Shown piece after piece: positions 22,260 to 33,735 of a stretch of 62,944 nt of DNA (positions are counted from its first letter, which is position 1; each line of letters starts with the position of its first letter). The notes beneath the pieces are model-generated. The model had not been told where the DNA came from, did no database searches, and saw only the letters and a program-made list of their open reading frames with translations. The translations under genes were made by a program, and so were the position numbers. Source of the stretch: Negaprion brevirostris (taxonomy: Eukaryota); contig JARDVH010000132.1 in NCBI GenBank assembly GCA_030324005.1, positions 50,303,971 through 50,366,914 of the forward strand, given 5' to 3'.

Positions 22260-24169
22260 ATAGTCTGCAGATCATTTTCACTCATCCTCATTGCTGCCAA
22301 TACCATCGTTCTGTTCAGTTGTCTCAGGAAAGTTTTCAACTACATTAGCTGTGCATCCTGCCATTTTCTTTCCAATTCTGCCTGCCATTTTCTCCCTTCA
22401 AAACCTCCCTTAAATCCTGACTCTTGACCACTTATTACATTGGCACCACCCAGAAGGACTGATTCCTGATTTGGTTTAGAAGCTGTTCCCCTATTTAGGG
22501 AAATAGAAATAAATATTTTACGTGTTTCGTTGGAGAATTGCTATAGATGTTGCATCAAAATAGAAGTTTTATGCAATTGCTCTATGAAATTAAGAATTTT
22601 TTCTCCATTTATATCTATACATCCTCCAGGGCAATGAATTATTTTCTGCATGTGACTCATACATTATGGTTTCCCTGTGGAATTTTTTTTTGGAGTCACA
22701 CAATGAATCACTTTGCAGCCCACAAAAATCTCCCACAGCGCGCTGGAAATATTCTTTAAACTAAACCATCTTGATTCCCAGACTCCATCCCCCCGCTCCG
22801 TCATCCCCCCAAAGCTACATAAGCAGAGTAGCAATCAGACTTTCAACCACTTCATCATACCCTCTCATAAAAAGACAGCAAAAGAAACCTTTACTAGTTT
22901 AGTTTCTGTTTAACATAGTGTTGATAGATATGAGTAGTGTGGTGGGTGTAGATGGAGCTATATTTATCAATGAGGAACTCCATGAAAAAAATATTCACTC
23001 TGATTTGATTTAAATTTTGATTTTTATCCTGCCACTGCAGATAAAATCAGCTTGTTCATTATGTCCACAGAGATATTTTCCTGCAGACGTTGCTGAATAA
23101 TGGGCGTTAGTTAGAACCATTAATTTATACTTTTCCTGATCCTGTCTCACGAGCCTAGGAACTTTTGAGTCCACGTACAACATCTCTACCACAGCATAAA
23201 CTGAGATCAAATAACACTTTGCATAGCCTGGGATTGAATTTCCTGGGATTGGATTTCCTGGTCCATGACTCAGTCATTGGATAAACATGCTGATCCATTG
23301 AGGAAGTCATTACGAAAATCCACATTTGCCTTTTTTCCACATTTGAATTTTCACCATAAGGCTCTTCAAATATAATTCTTAAAGATACAATGATGTGTAC
23401 AGAGTGCACTGGGCAAGACCTCAATCCATCTCCTTGCTTGCTCCAAAAACCAATTCAAAATACAAATTAAATCCAGTTCATAGGCCCCACCAGAGAAATG
23501 TACAAGATCCAAGCTGACCAAAATAAGGCACTGCACATGATTTTGGGCTTGATCTGACTCTTGATCTTAACCAAAAGGCCAAGAAGCAATCAAAGGCTGA
23601 AGTAATAGAGCAGTTTTCTCCTGTTATAAAACAGGTGGACTAATGAGCCTTTGCAGTCTTCTGTTCACGCCAGGATTTTCTGTCCATTCAGTCTTTGCTG
23701 CTGTGACACCTGCTGTGCTACTTTTGCCACTGTCAAGTCTGCTGCTGGCCTCTCTGATTCTCATTTTGCTACATGAGATATCTCTGTCTTCATGTTTATT
23801 CTGCATGAGAGGATGGACTAGAACACTGATTTCACATAACCATATCTCTTACAGATTTTTATCAGTATGTCCTCCGTTATTTACCTGCCCTTTCAGTGTT
23901 TTACCCTGGGGAAAGTCTTCAAGTTTGAAAATTTATTGTTCAGCTGTTAAAATATGATCTGTAAACCCTTGCTAGTTTCCTTTCCTTGGCTTAGTAATTT
24001 GCTTAAATTCAGAGGGGTTTGTATGTCTGAAGTGTTTTTTTTTGTAGCTTATTTATTAGTGTCAACAGTAGGCTCACATTAAGGCTACAACGCAGTTACT
24101 GTGAAAATCTCCCTATTGATGTAGATGGATGAGTGCTAGCTACCCTAAGGAAAGTTTTGAAAGGAACCA

Positions 24170-24480
24170 GCTGCAAAGAAGGTTTTTGATGAATTAAGAA
24201 GGAATGGTTTCCATTGGCAGGAATGTTGGTAACCAGAAAACACAGCTTTAAGACAATTGGCAAAAGAAACAGAGGGGAGCTGAGTTATAATCTAGTATGC
24301 AGAATCTGAAAGAGTGGCAGAAGTAGATTTCCCTAACTTCCAAAAGGTGATTAAGACATGTAGTTGAAAAACAAAATCCCTCAAGCTGTGAGGAGAAGAT
24401 CAAGATATTAGTGCTTACTGGCTAGCTCTTTCAGAGATTTGGCTCTGGTATAATGGGCTGAAGAATGTCTACTGTGCTAT
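24170..24480 (+). mobile_element. Decayed CR1 3' fragment
   Basis: tttccattggcagg...aaccagaaaacacagctttaagacaattggcaaaaga and tail ataatgggctgaagaatgtctactgtgctataa. Confidence 0.5.
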
Positions 24481-24666
24481 AACTGAGCTGTGTGTCCTGA
24501 ATTTGGAATTTGAGAGAATGCTGCTGTACTGTTTGTTGCAACCTTAGTTGACAATTTATTACTTTTAGCTTGAAATTACAAATGCTGTGACAAATATGCC
24601 TTTTGCTAACATTGTGTCTTAACAAAAAGGAGACTTACTCTAAAATGATTTTTCCTCTCATTGTAG

Positions 24667-24745
24667 GATGCTGAGAAGAGAACTCCTTTGCATGCTGCTG
24701 CATATCTAGGAGATGCTGAAATTATTGAACTCCTTATTCTATCAG
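24667..24745 (+). CDS. ANKRD28: ANKRD28 internal coding exon (79 nt, phase 0-1): [27 protein letters not shown]
   Basis: Acceptor tttcctctcattgtAG, donor G|GTATAT. Translation matches the recalled vertebrate ANKRD28 sequence ([27 protein letters not shown]) and joins the next exon in frame. Confidence 0.95.
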
Positions 24746-26273
24746 GTATATTCAACTATATAGTTCAGTCATTTAAGACAAATATTTGTATTTTCTCTGT
24801 AATTTACCCAAGATTTTTTAAGGTTACAGCAGGAGATCAGAAAAGCCCCTGTGAAAATACCAGGTAGCGTTTACAATTTAGATCTTGCATTCTAGCTTTC
24901 TGTATCCAAGTTTAAATACTCCTAAGTTTACTGTACATCTCACTTCCATGGTATAAACATTGAACGTAAAGGTAGCTTACAAAGCCTTTAACAGCTAATG
25001 ATTTAGTCAGATATTTAGCAATATTGTCAATATGCCCATGCAATGCTTAGAATCTATTATTTGGAAACTCAAAGCACCAAATAAAAACTAGGGCTTAATG
25101 AGTTACACTAAATTAAGTGTACACTAATTTACTGCCGAAACCCATAGGGTCAAAATTCCATTGGTTCCATTGCTGACCAAAGGAAGATGGTTTAAAATGG
25201 ATTACCAAACCTGAAGACACTGTACAGACATCCTCAGTCTGTGAGGATGCGTGTACACTTGGGGCTAGCTGATGTTATCCATGTGTACTTCATTGATGCC
25301 TGCTTCAATCCACCACTGTAAGTCGAAATGAGTCTCAGCAGCTGCATTCTAAACTGCCCTGCTCTGAGGCTCATCATGGGTTGATAAAAACAAAGTGGTA
25401 AAGTCCAGAGCTATGGAAAGTGCCAATTTCCAGGTCAAGAAAGATGATTGTTCCCTTCTGGGCTCAGTGGCCTTTTGAGCTTCTTGGCTACTTGAAAGGA
25501 TCCCTGTGAAGTTCATGCCAGCTCTGAGCTGGCAAGAGTTTCACTGAGGCCTTGTAAGGTTATTCTGGGCAAAGTTCCCAGCTAGACTGGAAGCTCTACA
25601 CTGCTGTCTTAATTGGATGTTGGGGTTGAAGATTAATCACTGATCTCGCTCAGCTACAAGTTTCTAACTTTTGACAGTGCCTTCAACAAACAATCCTGTG
25701 CCAGATATAAAGAAAATTTTACTTCCTGCTTCAGTGTCAGATTTTCTGCTTTTCCTGCTTTTGCATATCAGTAAGTACACAATTACCCAATTTCAGAAGA
25801 AATGCTGGAAAGAAACTGTAAGGGTGCAAGTCCAAATTATTTACATAATGCTTTAAATTGCTGTATTTGGCATTTCCTAAAAATGGCCTTCAAAATTGAA
25901 CAGGCAGACCATATTCATCTTTTTATTTTGACCTTTGTTTCCACAAATGTGTGTCAGATTCATTTAAACAGTGGAATGTTTTGAAATCGTACATATTTTA
26001 AATTTCTTTTAAAACTGGTCTTAGCGAAGTCTTGACTTTAATTGAAGGGGGTTAATCACCTTTGGACCCTGGCAATGGATTTGCTTGTTTTAGTCAATGT
26101 GACAGGTTAAATAATCCACTCATTCTTATTATTTCACTGCAAATTGTGCATAAAGGTTTCAACTAAATTCCTCATCCTCAGCTAACCATACAGTGATATG
26201 AAATTGGTGGGAAATTTTGTGTAGACCATTGTTGTTTAGATACATTATTACTGGTATAATTTTGTATTTGTAG

Positions 26274-26344
26274 GAGCTAGAGTTAATGCCAAAGACAACA
26301 AGTGGTTGACTCCCCTGCATCGTGCCGTTGCCTCTTGCAGTGAG
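26274..26344 (+). CDS. ANKRD28: ANKRD28 exon (71 nt): G-ARVNAKDNKWLTPLHRAVASCSE
   Basis: Acceptor tttgtatttgtAG, donor GAG|GTAAGT. Ankyrin TPLH motif; phase compatible with both neighbours. Confidence 0.95.
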
Positions 26345-27249
26345 GTAAGTGTAACTGACTTTTCACCTTGTCATTGCAGAATTAGAGAACTTGGCCTTAA
26401 AGCCCCAGCGTGCAGGTGATTTGGCTTTTTCATGTTTTGAATAAAATGTAGAGTTGCAAGCACTAGAAACGATTAACTCAGTGAATCATTTGGACTATGG
26501 TAACCAGAAATGGTCTTATCATAAAAGAAAAAACAATGTTGATATTTAAAAAATGTAAATAAATGACTGAATTTGGCTTATTATTTAATTTGCCATTCAT
26601 TTGCAGTTGAGGCCTAGTATAAAGTTGTATAGTTGTAAATGCACAACTATTGAAAAAATGTCAAATGTTGCATCTCACTGCTGATGTCCTGTTTGAGATT
26701 AGATTTTGTGTCGATGGACTTCTGGTGCTTTACTAAATGTTTGTTCTGCTCTTGGCACGAGGTTTTCTCAACAATTATTTTCTGGCATTGGCCATCCCCA
26801 AACTACTTCACAGACCAACCAATGCTACCACACTGAAACTATTGAGAATAGTACTAATATGCATTTTGAAACGTTCATACGCATCTCAGATTTCATATCT
26901 AGATGTAAAATTTGTTTACATAAACTGGAAAGCAAGGTTATTTAAAGATTTACTGTTAATAGCTTATCTGGTTACATTGAATCTTTCTACAATCTAAAAT
27001 GAATTAGATTAAAAATTGAAACTGTAAATCTTGGTCTTCACATTTATTTTAACAGATTTGTTTTGTGCTTGCAGAAAATAGGGCGAATACATTTTTAAGG
27101 CCTTTCTGTGTATAGTTCTATCAATAGGAACTATTAATTTCATAAAGTGGACAAAGTTAGTGCAAAATTACTTTTTAATGGAACTGTTACAAATATGAAG
27201 TTTATATGATCTATTTTGGGATTATTTGCTTAACTAAGGATAAAATGGA

Positions 27250-29760
27250 GTACTGAAGGGAGTTATGTGACATGCAGTGAATTCTGCCTGACAACAAGCC
27301 TTGGTGGTTGGGTTGAAATAGAAAGAGGCCCAAGTCAGAGCAAGCAGAGGAGCACTTGCACAATATGTTTAATGTGAGTAAGGGCACAGGGAGCCTATCT
27401 ATGCTATAGTGGAGGTCAATGGAAAACAAATTAAGATGCAGTGGACACAGGAGCCTCTCCATCAGTGAGGGGACCTACAAGAAGACTTGCTGCTCTAAGC
27501 AGATGCCAGCCCTTAGGGAGGGACATAACTTTGGACGTACATCAAAAAGGCTATACCATTGCTTGGGTTGTTAGAAGTAGACGTTGTATACAACAGTCAA
27601 GAAGCAAGAACATGCTTTCTTGAGGTAAAAGGGAAATGACCTAGTTTACCAGGGCATCACTTGCTGAGTAAAATTCAGTTGAACTGGGTTAAGATTAAGC
27701 ACACACAAGTGATAGAAGATGTCATTCAGAAGTATCCTGATGTTTTCAAAGATTAACTGGGTACAATGCTTGGCACTGCAGTTAAATCATTCGTAGGTTA
27801 TTCTTTGCTTTTTCAAGCCTAGGACAGTGTCGTACTCCATGAAAGACAAAGTGGAGGAGTAGCTGGAGCGTTTACAGAGGCTTGGAATCATTGAATCCAT
27901 TCAGTTTTCTTGTTGGACAGCTCCAATTGTTCTTGTACTTAAAAGTGAGGGTATGGTGCGCATATTGGGGGATTGCAAACTTACCATTAATCAGGCTTCC
28001 AAACTAGATGCTTACCCGTTGCCACAGGTAGATCTGTTTTCAAGCCTTACAGGAGGAAATACTTGACATTAGCCATGCCCACCAGCAACTTTTGTTAGAA
28101 AAGGACTTAAAACCGTATGTTATAATCAACACCACAAGGATTTGCTCAAATACAATCATCTAGTTTTTGAGGCGTATTCCAGTCCGGCCATTTTTCAGAG
28201 GACAATGGACAATCTGTTTCAGGAGATTTGTCATGTAGCAGTTTACTTGACTGACATTCTGATCATGGGGAAAACTGAGGAGCACCACCTCAGCAACTGG
28301 ATCGAATGTAAAAGAGGATTTCAGAGGCATGACTGCGTCTGAAGTGTAGTAAATGCATCTTCTAGACACAGAGTGTAGAATCTCTGCATCACAAAATCAC
28401 AGCACAGGGTGTGTCTCCTGTGGAGGAAAATGTCAGTGTTGAGGAAGCCCAAAGCTCCAGAAATGTGTCAGAGCCCAGGTGATTTTTGGGATGTTAAATT
28501 ACAATGGAAAGATTCTACCAGATCTTTAGTCAGTCTTCATGCTGTGACAATACTGTCCCCCATCCCTTACCCCTTCCCCCTCCCTCGCTCGCTCCCCCTC
28601 CCTTACCCCTTCTCCCTCCGTCTCACCCCTCCCCAGAAATGTTCAAAGGCTCTAGGACCGTTAAGAAGTAAAAAGTTCAAGAGTTGCTTGAATTGGAGCT
28701 AATAGAGACAAGTTAGCAGTTAAAAGTTGTATCCTGTCATGTTTAAATATCTCAATTGGTACAAGTTAAGCTAATTCATTTGTTATAGTTAATCTGTATT
28801 CTTAAGAAATAAAGTTTATTTTGATAAAACCTTCCTAATGTGTCAGTAGAATTACACCTGGAGTGAAACACCATATTGTACACCTGAATAAAAAAAAGTT
28901 TGTGACTTATCTAGCTTCATAACATACTGTGGAGTTTCTGATCTGGTTCCTAACAGCACCACTGTATCTACTATTTCATAAGGAAACAAAATTGAAATGC
29001 GGGATAGCACAAAAGAAAGCTTTCAAGAATGTGAAAGTACTGCTACAATCAGCCAATCTACAGGCTCACTTTGCTCAAAACAGAGTACTCAATCTGTTAC
29101 GCAATGCCCCGCCCCTCCCCCCGATGTTGGGACAGTACTTTCTCATTTGATGGAGGACATAGGACAGGTCAGAAAATCCTACTGGTTTTGCATCATGTAC
29201 GCTGACAACAGCTGAGACTAGGCATTGCAAAGTAGGTCTAGACATCATCTTTGTGGTGAAACAGTTTCATCAGTATCTTTATTGTCATTCATTTACTATA
29301 TGTACCGACCACAAGCCATTGATGAGTCTTTTCAGCAAATCCAAATGCATTCCTTCTATGGCTTCAGTGAGGATACAGCGCTGGGCTTTCACGTTGTCAA
29401 CCTAACAAATAACATTGTGTTCAGGGCAGGAAAAGATGATGCAAATGCATATGTATTGAGTTGTCTTCCTTTACCAGACGTATCCACCAAAACATTGTTT
29501 CCTCCAGAGGTATTTTCTTGCGTGAGAGACTTTGAAATTCCCCAGTGAATGCTAAACAGATTAAGCAGTGGATGGACGGGATCCTGTCCTGTCTCAGGTG
29601 AAGAAATTCCTTATGCAGGCTTGGCCTACGGATGTGCAGGATGAGGTACTGAGCCCATATGCAAAGTGGAAAGACGAGCTGAGTGTGCAGGGTGGTTGCA
29701 TCCTTTGGGCATCCAGAGTGGTCATCCCACCCGGAATTGAGACAAACAACTATTGTATCT
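27250..29760 (+). mobile_element. Second degenerate Gypsy/Ty3 pol remnant (protease-RT-RNaseH), interrupted by a solo LTR
   Basis: Protease VDTGAS (27441); KPRTVSYSMKDKVEE*LERL, WTAPIVLVLK, DAYPLPQVDLF; SSPAIFQRTMDNL...VAVYLTDILIMG (YLDD decayed); TDHKPL; DPVLSQVKKFLMQAWP...ELSVQGGCILWASRVVIPP. Confidence 0.88.
28543..28955 (+). mobile_element. Probable solo LTR nested in Gypsy pol
   Basis: Starts TGTGACA and ends CCTAACA, with AATAAA near 28808. The pol frame stops at PDL*SVF before it and resumes at APLYLLFHK after it. No clean TSD. Confidence 0.65.
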
Positions 29761-29859
29761 GTTGACACACCAGCGTTGAAATTCATACACCATGTTTCTC
29801 GTCTGTGTGATAAGCAGAACCTTGGAAAGTACCATTTTTGTTGTTGCAGCATTTTAGTG

Positions 29860-30460
29860 GTGTGAAACAGCTAGTTTCAACTGTTTTCAAATTGTTTAAG
29901 ATACCTTACCAGGGTGTCTTTTCCTTTCCAGGGTAATTTTAGGGTAGACTGGACATTTTTCAGGTCTGTAAGTGGCAGCCCGTTCATGAATTTTCACAAT
30001 CGAGCAATGGCATGATTAGGATAGCTGTTGTCCTGACAATAGCTTTGATGCAACCTATTTTGGTGTCAAGCTTGCACAGTGATCAATAGGCTCAGGCCCT
30101 ACTTACAAAGTTGGTCATAAGGTCAATCTTTATAATGTGGATCTGTAGTTCTGCAGTGCATCTTGTATTACTGCCACTGTGTATCACTGGTGGAGGGATT
30201 GAATGTGTGCCAATCAAGTGGACTGCTTTGTCCTGGATGCTTCTTGAATTGTGCGTGAATGTTATTTGCCACTTGTCAGCCCAAGTCTGGGTCCAGGGTT
30301 TGCTGCATTTTGAAAGGACTGCATCAGTACCTGAGAACTTGCGACTAGTTCTGAACTATTCTTCAATGAACATCCCCTCTTCTGTCCTTATGATGGAAGG
30401 AAGGTCTTTAATGAAGCAGCTGAAGATGTTTGAGCCTAGGACACTGCATTGAGGTAGTGC
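29860..30460 (-). mobile_element. Decayed CR1/L2-type LINE RT fragment
   Basis: Minus strand gives SVLGSNIFSCFIKDLPSIIRTE-GMF, a GSVLGP..F..FINDL-like motif, plus DIIHAQF--IQ-W-like residues. Confidence 0.6.
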
Positions 30461-31924
30461 CTCCCAATCTATTTCATAAACCAAACAATGAATTTTGACC
30501 AGAGACTTGGAAACTGTTTGTTAGCTTGTAACTAATTCATTAATGGGTAGCACCAAGCGGCTGAGGTTTCCGGTCTTTGGAAAGTTTTTAATATTACATT
30601 TATAGGTTTGCAATCCTGTGTGCTGTCAGCCTCAGTCCTGTCAAGACTAAAAAAAGATTCCAGGCTGACAGCAAAGACTGCCTCAAGTCTAATTGTCCTA
30701 AAAGCCTGGTTCTCTGGAAGATTGCTGCCATTGACTGTAGAGCAGATCAAATCTATATATCTACCTCTCCCTGCATCACCACCAACTTTAAAAGAATTCT
30801 GCAACTTCTGCTTTCAGCGAAGTGAACCCGCCTGAACTTCAACTCCTACGTGAGGGAATCTTCACTGGGCTCTTCACATAAATTAATATCCATACCTTTG
30901 ACTCTTTTAAGTTAGTCATAGTTGACAAACTCCTCTTTCCTACCTCCTCATATGCTTGTGTATTGCAGCTCCCTCAGCCCAGTTTAAATTGTATAAACAA
31001 ACCATTCTCCTGATTTAAAGGAGAGTTTGCTATGAGTCACTGTAAAAAAATTGACTTTGTGATCAGAGTGCTGGGGAAACACGTCACAGCTTATTTCAAA
31101 AGTAAAGCATGTCTGCTTACAGACAAACAGTGAGAAAATTAAAGGAGTTCAGTTTGCCCCTATCCCTCTCTGTAATACCAATAAATGAACAGGAGCAAGA
31201 CATGCATCAAAATTAATCATTTTGTTAGCACAATTGTGAAATATTTTCTATCAGGAGAACAAAACATTGACCACAATGTTTTTCTGCACAGCAGGTTTAT
31301 TTTGACATGGAATGTTTTTCTAGAAGTGGCTATTGAGGCTTCACTAAAATGGAAAAAAGATGCAGGCATATTAGACAACTCTAGTTGGCGTTTGGCCAAG
31401 TAGATTCCAGTGCTGTCAGTGCTATGATGCATCAAGGCTGTAAGGTCTGGTAAAGCTTTAATGGATAATTTAACTTTTCTCTTCAACTAGTTGCTGAATG
31501 ACTTGCTGCCCAATTGTAGGATTTTTCTTTTTTTCTCAAATTTTCAAATTCTATTTATAGTGGGTGAAGTAACTTTTTGGTTTAGTTGGCTAAATAAACC
31601 AATTCCATGAGTTTCTTTTCATTACCCGGAGTTTATGCTGGTTTGATGCCAGCTCGTCTTGAAATGATTAATCAATTTTTTTTGTTTCCAGGGTCAGATC
31701 AAAAAGTTTTGTTCTGGGTTCAAATCATGTATTGAAATCTATATTGTAAAAAAAAATTCGTACATGAAGTTTGTACTATTGCTGAGTTAATTTATTTCAG
31801 TTCACNNNNNNNNNNGGCTTTTCTTTTATATTTGTGAAGAAAATTATGGAATATATCATTCTGCAGAAATTGCAATCATGCATTAAACTGTACAACATTC
31901 TCTTAAGAACCAAATTCTGAACAA

Positions 31925-32330
31925 TTCTCTAGAGTTTAGAAGAATGAGAGGGGACCTGATTGAGGTACGTAAGATGATAAAAGGTATTGACAGTAGCCGT
32001 AGAGCGGATGTTTCCGCTTGTGTGGCAAACTAGAACAAGAGGTCATAGTTTTAGGATAAGAGGAACAGATTTAAAGCGGAGAGAAGGAGAAACGATCTGT
32101 CTGAAAGAATGGTAAATCTGTGGAATTCACATGAGTGTGGTGGATGCTGGAACATTGAGTCAATTTGAAGAGGTGATAGAGTTTTAATTAATAATAGGTT
32201 GAAGCATTATGGAGAATGAGCAGGAAAGTAGAGTTGAAGCCGAGACAAGATCAGCAATGATTTTATTGAATGGTGGAGTAGGCTCGAGGGGCTGAATTGC
32301 CGACTCCTGCTCCTTGTTCTTATATTCTTA
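31925..32330 (+). mobile_element. CR1 LINE 3' fragment
   Basis: SLEFRRMRGDLIEV-K...RTRGH coding remnant. Tail ggctcgaggggctgaattgccgactcctgctccttgttcttat. Confidence 0.8.
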
Positions 32331-32720
32331 TTTTTATTATCTTTGTGCAAAGTGGCAATGTGTTTCACTAAGTATTAAATGCTTGTGTTTAAATTAGTCA
32401 GCTGTCAGCTACTATTTATGAGCTACTTTTCTTTTCCCTTCATTGCAGTGACTCAGTCAAATGTTGGGAAATCAGTTTGCTTCCTTTCTGTCTGATCCAG
32501 TTGGAATACTAATCTTAAATTTTTGATTCTAGGCTAGTTAAGATAGCTAGGAGGTCTGTTCCTGCAGATGTTGGAGATTTTGTGAGAACAGAGTAACCCT
32601 TTGGGAGTTAAAATATGTTCTTAAAATTTAGTCCAGATGGTCAGTTATATATTCCAGTGGCTGACTTTGCTTTCATATTCTATACTATAATCTTCTGTTT
32701 AACTGTTTATTCCGATTTAG

Positions 32721-32921
32721 GATGCAGTTCAGGTGCTTTTGAAACATTCGGCTGATGTGAATGCTCGTGACAAAAACTGGCAGACTCCATTACATATTGC
32801 TGCTGCAAACAAGGCTGTGAAGTGTGCCGAAGCTTTGGTTCCACTTTTAAGCAATGTAAATGTGTCCGACCGAGCAGGGAGAACTGCTTTACACCATGCT
32901 GCCTTCAGTGGACATGTAGAG
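32721..32921 (+). CDS. ANKRD28: ANKRD28 exon (201 nt, phase 0-0): [67 protein letters not shown]
   Basis: Acceptor ccgatttAG, donor GAG|GTATTC. Overlaps ORF 32733..32933. Two ankyrin repeats nearly identical to recalled ANKRD28. Confidence 0.96.
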
Positions 32922-33229
32922 GTATTCTGTTGAAACCATTTTAAAATGGATTAAAATAATTGGAATTAGTTACCTTCTTAATTAAAAATTAACTGCTTTA
33001 TATTGTTACAGACGTCTAGGTCAAAGTTCATACGGTTTAGAATGTAACTGAGTTTTTAAAAGTAAAGTTTGAATTGTAGAAAATGGGGATATCTGGTTAA
33101 GAAATTGGTAAAAGCAACCCTGAAGTAAACACAATTTAAGCAAACTTGAAGTTTATGAAAAAGTTGGGATCAGGTTGACTTAAAATGTTAACAGCTAGAA
33201 AGGGAAGATTGTTAACAACAAGTGGGCCT

Positions 33230-33735
33230 ATGTTGAAGTGGTCACACCAGAGGTAAAGAGTGCATGGGCAGAAAGGGAATAGATGGCCGCCAGAGTAAAC
33301 ACACTGGGAAGGTAGTGCAGGAGTCTCCTGGGTTCATCTCTCACTCTCTCTCTCTCTCTCTCTAACAGATGTTCCATCTTGGATACTGCTAGGCGAGATG
33401 ATTTGTCAGGAGATTGTAGCGAAAGCCAAGTCCACTGTACCAAGGGGTGAGGGCCCTAGGCACGGAATTATGGTCTCGGGTTACAGGGTACATCATTTAG
33501 GACTTAGTGGATGGTGAAACGGTGGAGTTCTTTACTGCCCAAGGGCTGTGGAGGCCAAAGTCCTTGAAGGTATTTAAGAAAGAAGTAAATAGATATCTAG
33601 GCACTAAAGGTGTCAAGGGGCATGAAGGGAGAGTGGCAGAATGATATTGAGATAAAGGATCAGTCATGAGCACGTTGAATGGCAGCGCAGGCTCAATGGG
33701 CCAAATGGCTTACTGCTATTTTCTATGTTCCTTAC
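33230..33735 (+). mobile_element. CR1 LINE remnants (5' region plus 3' end) containing a (TC)n microsatellite at ~33340-33363
   Basis: tcaggagattgtagc...aagccaagtcc (ORF1-like) and 3' tail ttgaatggcagcgcaggctcaatgggccaaatggc. Confidence 0.6.

Noticed and set aside
1-24666. Upstream ANKRD28 exon (PSLVQAIFNGDPDEVRALIFKKEDVNFQ-like)
   Set aside because: Not found by eye. It is presumably upstream of the window or hidden in a gap, so it is not annotated.
26271-26276. NAGNAG tandem acceptor TAG-GAG
   Set aside because: GAG is a very poor acceptor, and the proximal TAG gives the conserved protein.
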